DNA from: Anaeramoeba ignava BMAN
Lineage: Eukaryota; Protista; Anaeramoebae
Length of the DNA: 64,000 nt
Direction of reading: 5' to 3'
Assembly: GCA_028826165.1 (NCBI GenBank)
Contig: JAPDFW010000033.1
Span: 558,001-622,000 of the forward strand
The notes beneath the pieces are model-generated. The model saw nothing but the letters and a program-made list of their open reading frames with translations. It was not told the origin of the DNA and did no database searches. A program made the translations under genes and the position numbers. Below, piece by piece: positions 53,838 through 64,000 of the stretch; positions within the stretch are counted from its first letter, which is position 1; every line of letters starts with the position of its first letter.

Positions 53838-55469
53838 TTAATTTTTGTTCTCCATATCTTCGTTTGAATCACTATCATGTTTAGTAATTTCTTCAGTATT
53901 CAAAGTATTTTCAGAATCATGAGATAAATAACCAGTAACATTTCCTGATTGATTTTGATCATTTTTCCAAAAGGAAATTTTGTTAATAATTTTTTCAGTT
54001 ATTGGATGAGCAGTTTCTGGAAAGAAAGTGTATAAAGAAAATTGGTCATTTGGATCACCAGTTTCTCCATTTTCATGTTTTTGGAAAATATCTTAAATAA
54101 ATCCAACTGAAATATATTCCAAGTAAAATGAATGGATATTGTTGATATGCTCCAAAAAATAAAAAAATTGTTGATACTAATAAATATATTCCTGTTAAAT
54201 ATTTCACTCGAACTGTTGTGAATACAAAAGATACTTCATTCTCAGGCATTAATTGTTTAAATGCAACTGTAAATCCTGCAGTAATTCCTGAAAATCCACA
54301 AAAAGGAAGATATCTTTTTTTTAAAATTAAATATTTATTTTAGATTTTAAATATTTATTTTGAATTTAAATATATATCTTGAATTTAAATATTTATATTG
54401 AATTTAAATATTTATCTTGAATTTAAATATTTATTTTTAATTTTAAATATTTATTTTGAATTTAAATATATATCTTGAATTTAAATATTTATATTGAATT
54501 TAAATATTTATCTTGAATTTAAATATTTATTTTTAATTTAAATATTTATTTTGAATTTAAATATTTATATTTTAATTTAAATATTGATTTTTAATTCAAA
54601 TATTTATATTGAATTTAAATATTTATATTGAATTTAAGTATTTATTTTGAATTTAAATATTTATATTGAATTTAAATATTTATATTGAATTTAAATATTT
54701 ATTTTGAATTTAAATATTTATCTTGAATTTAAATATTTATATTGAATTTAAATATTTATTTTGAATTTAAATATTTATATTGATTTTAAATATTTATCTT
54801 GAATTTAAATATTTATTTTTAATTTAAATATTTATTTTGATTTTAAATATTTATTTTGAATTTAAATATTTATCTTGAATTTAAAATTGAAATTAAATCC
54901 TTACAAAATTGTTTTAGAACGAATAAATATATTGAGAAAAAATATCAAAAAAAAAGTGCCTAATCCAGTTACTGCATTAATAATAAAAATAAATTTAAAA
55001 AATTCTTTTTGACCCCATAAAGGTTCAAGAATCTTTCCAGTAACAATTAATAAAAATATTGAAAAAAAAGCCTTTATATTTCATTTTGAAAATTTAAATG
55101 TAAAATTAAATTAGTTAATTTTAAAATTTAAAAAAATTTTTTTAAATTTACACCTATAACTGAAATTTCAAAATAACCAGCAGTTAAAAAATTCCATATA
55201 AAATAATTTGGAGAAACAGTTCTTAAAATTAAAAAGGAATTTTTTTGTTTTAATTTTTGATAAAAATTTATTTAAAAAAACAAATAAAAATTTTAAATTT
55301 TAATTTTTTAAATTTTTTTTTCAAATCAATAAATTATTTACAATCCAACTTTTAAAGCAAAATAATTTTCAGTTTCTTGAGAAAATACATTTAATAAAGC
55401 TAAAACACCAATTAAAATAGAAATAATTTTTGTAAAAACTGGAATATTTGAAAAAATATTGTTTTGCAT
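53838..55469 (-). CDS. TMEM115: TMEM115-like (DUF1751, rhomboid-like Golgi membrane protein), 4 exons
   Basis: IPVFTK, YIWNFLTAGYFE, GKILEPLWGQKEFFKF, VAFKQLMPE, SWIYLRYFQ, GDPNDQFSLYTFFPE. Confidence 0.82.
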
Positions 55470-55610
55470 TTTAAATTTAAAATAAAAAAAATGAAAAAAA
55501 ATGAAAAAATCATTTTTCAATTTTTTTCTTTTTATTTTTTTTTACTTAATTTGATTTTCTTTTTGTTTTTGATTTTCAATTTGATTTTCAATTTGATTTT
55601 GTTTTTCGAA

Positions 55611-58600
55611 ATGTCAACTCATCCAATAATTGATCAATTTACCAAAGAATTAATAATTTCAATATCAGATCCATCACAAGAAGTAAGACAAGAAATAATT
55701 GATTCTCTTATAGAAATAGGGATTCATAAACCATCACTTGTTTGTTCTTTTGTCCTTCATTATTTTAATTCAACAAAAGTAAATTTCGAAATAAGATTTA
55801 ATTTAATAATTTAATAATTTAATTTGAATTTAATTTGAAATAATAATTTAATTTGAAATAATAATTTAATTTGAAATAATAATTTAATTTGAAATAATAA
55901 TTTAAATTGAAATAATAATTTAATTTGAAATAATAATTTAATTTGAAATAATAATTTAATTTGAATTAATAATTCGAAATAAGATTTAATTTAATAATTT
56001 AATTTGAATTTGATTTGAAATAATAATTTAAATTGAATTTAATTTGAAATAATAATTTAAATTGAAATAATAATTTAATTTGAAATAATAATTTAATTCG
56101 AAATAATAATTTAATTTGAAATAATAATTTAATTTGAATTTAAATTGAATTTGAAATAATAATTTAATTTGATTTGAATTTAAATTGAATTTAATTTGAA
56201 ATAATAATTTTTCAAATTTATTCTTCTTCTTTTAATTTAGAAAATCCAAAAATTAAAACAAATTCTTTTATTAAATATTATTTTCCGTATTGTTAATCCT
56301 CAACCAGAAAATATTCAAAATGATTTAGCAGATCGTTTATTAAAGTTTTCATGGGAAAAAATTATCACAGCAAAGGTTTTAAAACAAAATTTAATTAATT
56401 AATTAATTTTTAAATTCATTCTTTTTATAAATTTTTTTTTTAAAGAATGAAAATGATGAACTTGCAAACTATTCTGTTAAAATTTTTGTTTCTTTAAGCA
56501 AACAGTATTATCAAAAAGTTATAAATCAAGTTCTTCAAGATTTTGCATCAGGAAATTCTCCACATTATCATGCATTTACTTGTTTAGGTCAAATTGCAAC
56601 AGAAAATCCAATATCATTTGTTCCTTATTTAGATGAAATTTTACTGAAATTTTTAAAAGTTATGGATTCAATTAAGAAAACATCAATTAAAATAGGTTTT
56701 TCAACTGGTTTGTTATGAAACAATATTTAATATTAAATATTGAATTAAATATTAAATTTTGAATTGAATTAAATATTAAATATTGAATTGAATTAAATAT
56801 TAAATATTGAATTGAATTAAATATTAAATTGAATTGAATTAAATATTAAATTTTGATTTGAATTAAATATTGAATTTTGATTTGAATTAAATATTAAATT
56901 TTGATTTGAATTAAATATTAAATTTTAAATTTTAAATTTTCATTTGAATTAAATATTGAATTAAATATTAAATTGAATTTTGATTTGAATTAAATATTAA
57001 ATTTTGATTTGAATTAAATTGAATTTTGATTTGAATTAAATATTAAATTGAATTTTGATTTGAATTTTGATTTGAATTAAGTATTAAATTTTGATTTGAA
57101 TTTTCAATTGAATTAAATATTTTCATTATAATAGCTGTCGCCCATTTTTCAGATTCCGTCTTTTATTATCTTAATCATCCAGAATATGATGAATCAAAAA
57201 ATATTTCAATAGAAAACTTCCAATCACCATTTACAAGAATCTACACATTATTATTTCAAACTTGGCTTCCAAAAATTTCATCACAAGGAAAAATATCATT
57301 AATTCAAACAATAGGATCAGTTGCAAGATTTCTTGGAACAGATAAATTTCAAGAACAAATTCCCAAGTTGATTCCATCGATACTAAAACTTTTCCAAAAA
57401 GAATCTGTTCAAAATTATCTTCCCATAATAAGTTCATTGAATTTCTTGTTGGATGTGATTATAAATAAAGGAATACAATTGGAAGAACAAATTCTAAATA
57501 TGATTGTCACAGGAATTCATCCACTTATTTGTTCATCTTATGATCCTTCAAATTCAACTTTATATAAAACTTATAATGAATTTTTACGATGTTTTGAAAC
57601 AATTAGCAATAATCATTTATCTTTTTTGATCAATTTCTTGATTTCCAAAGTGGAAAGTCGAGATTCCAAATTAAAAGAAGGAAGTATTCAAATCATGAAA
57701 CATTTAGTTTCTCATTGTCCTCAAAATTTGGGTGATCAAAAATTCCAAATTATCAATTCGGTACAAAATTTGATTCGGCAAAATCCAGATTATCAACTTT
57801 CTTCAAGTATTTGCGATCTAATTGTCGCAATGGCAAATCAAAATTATCTCCAAAATTCTTCAACTGGCAGAGAATTATTTCGTTTTGTTCTTCAAAATAC
57901 TTCAATTAGTGATCAAAAAATTAAAGATTTTATGAAAGAACAAGAAAAACACCAGAAAAAAAGCAAAGGATCAGATTTCCAAATCACTCCTCAAATGCTT
58001 AGATTCAGTTGTGAGAAAATTGTAATAATGATGGCTCAAACAATGCCAGAAGTTGATTCTTTATTATGGCCTTATTTGGTTCAATTGATTAAAACTGAAG
58101 AATTTGAGAATTCTTTACCAATTATTTGTAAAGCAACATCAATAATAGCAAATAAAAAACTTCAAGAAGAAAAATTAGAAAAAGAAAGATTAGAGAAAGA
58201 AAAATTAGAAAAAGAAAGATTAGAGAAAGAAAAATTAGAAAAAGAAAGATTAGAAAAAGAAAGATTAGAAAAAGAAAGATTAGAAAAAGAAAGATTAGAA
58301 AAAGAAAAATTAGAGAAAGAAAATCAAGAAATTAAAGATGAAAATCAAGAAATTAAAGATGATGAAAATAAAGATAATGAAAATCAAATTAATAATGAAA
58401 ATCAAATTAATAATGAAAATCAAGAAATTAAAGAAAATAAAGATAATGAAAATAAAGAAATTAAAGATGATGAAAATCAAGAAATTAAAGATGATGAAAA
58501 TCAAGAAATTAAAGATGATGAAAATCAAGAAATTAAAGAAAATAAAGATAATGAAAATAAAGAAATTAAAGATGATGAAAATAAAGAAATTAAAGAAAAT

Positions 58601-61600
58601 AAAGAAATGAAAATGAAAATAAAGAAATTAAAGAAAATAAAGAAATTAAAGATGATGAAAATAAAGAAATTAAAGATGATGAAAATAAAGATGATGAAAA
58701 TAAAGATGATGAAAATAAAGATGATGAAAATCAAGATACACACATTCAAGAAATTTATCATAATCAATTCAAACATAAACCAAGAATACCAGAGAAAAAA
58801 CATCATAGAAAAAAACCAAGACAAAAAGAAAAAAAAGAATCTCCAAAAATTCCAAGAAAAGAACAAGAAAAAATTCATAAAAAAGAACAAGAAAAAATTC
58901 ATAAAAAAGAACAAGAAAAAATTCATAAAAAAAAACCAAAAGATGAAACACTTATAAATGGAAAGTTTGATTTTACAAAATTCCCAGACGTTCCACAACC
59001 AGCATTTATTCTTGCAAGAATGATTCTTCTTTGTGTAAATCCATTTTTAAGAAATGAACCAGCAAAAAATGCACTGAATTTACTTCTTGTACTTTCGGAA
59101 TCATTGCATCCTTCTTTATCCGAAGAATGGCGACAAAAAGTGGAAATTTTAATAAGTGAAATTGATACATTTCGAGAGGAGACATTTAATAAGAAAAAAT
59201 GGGAAAAAAAACTTCTTCATTTTCTTTTTGACACAATTCAACTGATTGAAGATGAAGAATGGATTGTTACTTTATCAGAATCAATGGCAAATCTATTTAG
59301 CATGTGCAATAATACAGATACAAAAAGAGCAAATTATATATTTTTTGGATCTGTTCTTCGATTCTGCAAAAATAAAGAATTGGTTCTTCGGAATTTGCGA
59401 ACAATGTATACTCATCTCAACAGAAACGATCCAAACGAAATCATTGGATTTTCACAAGCACACGGAATTGCAGGAGCAACTCATTTCGATCCAGTGTTGC
59501 AATCACTTTCTTTGATAATTCAAACGGATCTTGTTGTCAAAAAAGGTGGAATTTTCCAAAAAAAAGTAATCAATGATCTTGAAATTGCGCAGAATCAACA
59601 ATGCATATTCTATAGTTTTGGATACACAATGACGCGAGTAAATACTCAACTATTGGTTTCGCGTCTTGAGAATCCAATATTCAAAGTATTGCTTCCAATC
59701 GTTCAACAAATGCCAACTTCTCTTCCAGTTAGACAATCAATTATGTTTTGGATCGATAAATTATCAAGAGCTTTAAGAAAATTAAATAACGATCCAAATT
59801 TCACTTTTACCAAAAGAAACGACTTGATGAAAATTGTTTTGCAATTCATTTCTTCAGAAGAACTTGAAATTACAACAAATGTCGAAAAGAAAATTGAACC
59901 AACAAAAGAGAAAGACAATCAAAAGAAACAAAGAAAAAAATCGAAAAAGCCTCTAAATACAGTTATTACATCTCTAAATGCGGATCCAACAAACCAATAT
60001 GGAGATCCGTTTCTGATCTCAAAAGATATTCTTGGATTTGTCAATTTGGGACTCAAAACATTAGTCTCATTGATTCTTCTTCGTCCAAGAATGGAAGCAG
60101 AACAAGAAATCAATGTTTTGTCATCAACTTTCCATCTTTGGGAAATTTCCATTGAAGAACTTGTGATCATCAACAGCAATCTCCAAAATAATGAATATGA
60201 TTCTGATGACAATTCAGATCAAGAGAAGTTTTTTGATCAAATTAATAATGTTCTTGGTGCTATGTTATTTATGGATTCAAAACAGCATTTCTTTTTGAAA
60301 TTATTTTCAAGATATAGTCCGAATATTCAATCCCGAAACTACATCAAGAGATTCAGAGCCTGCAAAATATTTATGTTTTTATGCAACCAATTCTTGGAAT
60401 TTCGGATTAACAAAAAAACCGAACCCAAAAAATTTTCTTCACGAATTGAGTCCAAAATGCACCAAGAAAATGTCGACAATGAAGAGAAAAAATTCGAGCA
60501 TTTAGGGCAATATCTTGCTCGTGTTGTTCCAAGATGCTTTGATTTGCACGTCCCAACTAGAAAAGTTGCAATCAGTTCTGTTATTACTCTTCTTTATATT
60601 GATTATTGTTTCAGAGAAGCATCCAAAAAACAAACAGTTATCCAAAAACTTGAACAACCTTCATATATCAAAAATCTTGAATCGATTGGAAAGCAAATTG
60701 AAACCAAACAAAACCAGGGATTATTAAGTTTCACATCTGAAATTGCCAAATTCTTCTCCAAAAATTTGGACAAGCACAATTTCATTCCATTTTTGATTCA
60801 ATTAATCAAAGATCTTCGCGAATTTGACTTGATGAGTGCGCAATGCACAGCAACAATTTTCTATGAATGTATTTGTTCGCGAAGCTCTGAAGATATTGCA
60901 AACGGAATTGAGGAACTTTTTTCTAATATTCAATTGGCATTATATCGTTTAAGACATGAGGAAGTAATGAAACCGTTATTTTCGGCAATTCAAGAATTAG
61001 CAACAATGAACCTCAATATTGCATTGAAATTACTTCTTGCACAACCACCTCCAATGCATATTATGGATCAAAAATGTCTTGTCTTGATTTCTTCCAAAAA
61101 AGAATTGGCAACTGTCATTTTGAAATATCTTCTTGAGGTGATGAACAAACAAGATCAAGAACAACAATTACCTTCAAAAGAAAATAAGCAAGAAAATAAG
61201 GAAAATAAACAAGAAGTTGTTGAAAAGGAAATCAAACAATATTCTCTTTCAGAAACAGCTACTTCTGCGCTTCAAGTTTTTATTGAATCTGGTTTAGTTG
61301 AAAATCTTTTAACCCAAAATTATCCAAAAATTTTTGCTTCAATTATCGCAAGAATTGGGTTCAGTTTCCAAGAATTCATCAACAGCAACAATACAAACAA
61401 AAAATCTTTAGATATTTCTATTAATGTTCTCAAAAAATTTTTTGAAGTTTTAAGTGATACTGAGATTTTAACAAAAATGGAAAATGATGTTTCTGAAATT
61501 ACAAAATGTGTTATTCATCAAGAACATATTGATATGATGAATAAAAAAAGAAAAGAAGAGATTGAAATTGAAGAAGAAGTAGAAATTGAAGAGGATAATT

Positions 61601-64000
61601 TAAATGAAAATTTAAATGAAAATTTAAATGAAAATGAAAATTTAAATGAAAATGAAAATTTAAATGAAAATGAAAATGAAAATTTAAATTTAAATCAAAA
61701 TGAAAATGAAAATTTAAATCAAAATCGAAAATCAAAATCAAAATTTGAAAAAAGTATTCAAAAAAATCACAACAAAAACAAAAAAACTCGTCAAAATCAA
61801 AACAACAAAGAAAACAGCATTTTATTTTATCAAAAAAATCAGAGAAAATAGTATCCTTTATAAAAATCCAGGATTTATTGAACATCAATGGAAAGTAAAT
61901 GGATGGGAAGCATTTTATAATATCCAAGCATTTGATAAAGGAATACAATCAATAACAAGATTATTTGGAGAAATTCATAGTGAAAAGGTAGTAAAAGTAT
62001 GTGAATATTTGTTCCCATTTTTAACATCAAACATTGAAGGACATCGAATAGTTTCCACAATAAGTTTTACAGAATTCATTCCTATTGTATCTAACAATTC
62101 TCAATTACTTGAAAATACAATTTCTTGTTTGTTTTTAAGAGTCAATGACCAATCACCAAGTGTCACAAAATATTCAATAAGAGGACTTGGGAATGTTGTT
62201 TCATTAGACTTGAAATCAATGGCAAAATTTGTTAGTTCAATTTTTAGCACAATGATTTTAAGAATGGAAGGCGATTCAGAACAAGTTTTTGAAGTTTTGA
62301 AAACAATCAAGACCATTTTGGATGTTTTACCTTTAAAACATGTTTCTCCTCATTTATTAACTTTATGTGTTTCAGATAAATCAAGGATTTTATTAGCAGA
62401 CAATGTTTCATCAATTGAAATGAATCAAATTTCCACCCAAAATATGAAAAACACAAGCATTCTCACTTTCCAACCTGAAAAATTGATTCCAATGCCTTCC
62501 AAAATTAACAGTGTTGTTAAATTTGATGCTGATGGATTAGACACTTCTTTATTCAATGTTTCCACAATCTCGGGAAGAAATATAATTGTTACTTCAGATC
62601 ATCCTTTTCTTGTTTCTTCGAATGATATTGATTCTCCAAAATTTTGTTTAGCTCATGATTTAATCAAAGAAAACCACAAAGTTTGCATTAAACACACTCT
62701 TCATCCAATAGGAAATTCGTTACAGAAATCAACTCTTTTCTCTCAAGAATACTTTAATCAATTTATCAAATCAAAATTGATTGGAAATGTTGAATTTTTG
62801 GAAAATAAATTTATTCCATTTTCAACAGAAACAAAAGGAATTGAAATTATAACAAGATTACTTGGTATTTGTATGCAAAAAGGAGTGGAGATTGATGGAG
62901 AATTTCCTCATTTAAAAATGTTCATTGATTCCGATTTGCAAATTAATATTGAATTTATCAAAAATGATTTGATGTCTTTGCAAGAATTCCCGAAATATTC
63001 ATATGATTCAATTACGAAAATGCATGTTTTAAGTAATTGTTTATCAACTTTTATTGTATTAGATTTTCTTCTTCATGATTTTAAAACAAAATTTGAGTTT
63101 CCAAAATGGATTTTCAAATGCTCACTTGAAATACAAAGAGAATGGATTGGAGCATTTCAAAGTTTATGCAAATCTTTTAATTTTTCAATCAAAGAAGAAA
63201 ATTGCCAAGAACCTATTTATCAATCTTGTTTGGATTTTGAAGAATTATTTTTTGATCATCAAAATCAAGCAATTCTTTTTGCAGAAAATATGAAGAGAAT
63301 TTATAATAATTTCTCAATATCATCGATTAAAATTGAAGAAAATGAATTAAAAAAAAGTGTCAAATTGGTATTTAATTTGAAAAATGAAGAATTTTTGAAA
63401 ATTTGGAATTTAATTGGTTTCCGATATAATCTTGTGAAAGAAAATGATAATATGATTTTTGGAGAATTTTCTATTTATCGAGAATACGAAAAAGAAAAGC
63501 AAAAAGGAGAAGAAATATTAGCATTTAACCAATTTTCAAAGCATTGTTTTCAAACAAAAAATTCATGTATTTTTGTGGAAATTGAAAAAATTGAGAAAAT
63601 TTCAAATGAAAAACAAAAAGAAATTTCATTAATGGATATTCGCACTTCAACAGATAATCATACATTCATAGCAAATGGGTTTATCACTCATAATTGCACT
63701 AAAATTCGGGATTTATTCCAATCACAAAATCCACAAATACGAGCAGCATCAGTGAATCTTTTTGGGATTTTAGCAAGATTTGGATTTGAAGGAAATTCGG
63801 AACAAAGAACAGCTTTAATTCAGCAATTTGAAAGTAGTTTATCAACACTGATAATATTATTAAGAGATTCTGATATGGATGTTGGAGAATCAGTTAAATT
63901 TACACTGAAAAATTTTTCATATTTGATGAATATTGACGAGATGAATGAACTATTTGAATCATCCATGTTCAAGCCACGCAAAGTGATTGATTATGACACT
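55611..64000 (+). CDS. Maestro HEAT-like repeat protein (MROH1-like), runs off window end; intein-containing; apparent frameshifts at ~58607 and ~61726
   Basis: ISDPSQEVRQEIIDSLIEIG..KP, SPHYHAFTCLGQIATENP, YNEFLRCFE, LLWPYL, DFTKFPDVPQPAFILARM, LGQYLARVVPRCFD, SIRGLGN. After intein removal the junction reads HLLTL|CTKIRDLFQSQNPQIRAASVNLFGILARFG. Three short 5' exons precede a long exon from 57135. Confidence 0.8.
62366..63694 (+). mobile_element. Intein (443 aa) with degenerate LAGLIDADG homing endonuclease
   Basis: Hand translation shows no stops. Block A CVSDKSRILLAD; block B SGRNIIVTSDHPFLV (TxxH at 62591-62602); block F LMDIRTSTDNHTFIANG; block G FITHN followed by +1 Cys (63695-63697). 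Central remnants RLLGICMQKG, FPKWIF, EWIGAFQSL and LIGFRY. Confidence 0.93.

Noticed and set aside
548-61730. Frameshifts in RCC1-BTB (~560, ~1610), ankyrin-BTB (~17730), RGS (~37185), DIS3L2-like (~37895, ~38333) and MROH1-like (~58607, ~61726) as programmed frameshifting or pseudogenisation
   Set aside because: Nearly all are single-base indels in homopolymer or low-complexity runs, spread over unrelated and otherwise intact genes, which is typical of long-read assembly error. Read-level polishing would decide.
62366-63694. Hedgehog-type or bacterial intein-like Hint domain rather than a true intein
   Set aside because: It has the C-terminal His-Asn plus Cys+1 and an internal endonuclease remnant, and it interrupts a host HEAT repeat that reads continuously once removed.

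Overview
Extremely AT-rich eukaryotic (protist) genomic DNA with spliceosomal GT-AG introns. The expanded BTB, RCC1-BTB, ankyrin-BTB and BTB-TLDc families, N/Q/E low-complexity tracts, a Trichomonas-type TCATT initiator and a nuclear intein point to a metamonad such as Anaeramoeba (inference, not tested). About 20 genes are present: RCC1-BTB tandem copies, BTB-TLDc, DUSP12/YVH1, two ankyrin-BTB genes, POLR1D, CHMP5/VPS60, ABHD17-like, importin-beta, F-box/LRR, GRASP, RGS, DIS3L2-like, Ras, GATAD1-like, GBF1-like, TMEM115-like and MROH1-like. Main finding: the minus-strand ankyrin-BTB gene at 7636-10823 appears to contain 15 single-codon (3-nt) microexons, each in an AG|NNN|GT context and separated by 54-79 nt introns. 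They supply exactly the residues missing from the ankyrin beta-hairpin (D-x-x-G-x-T-P-L-H), which is part of the variable target-binding surface. Second finding: a 443-aa intein (Cys1 ... His-Asn/Cys+1) with a degenerate LAGLIDADG endonuclease sits in frame in the MROH1-like HEAT protein (62366-63694) and is invisible to the ORF track. Several single-base frameshifts in homopolymers look like assembly errors.
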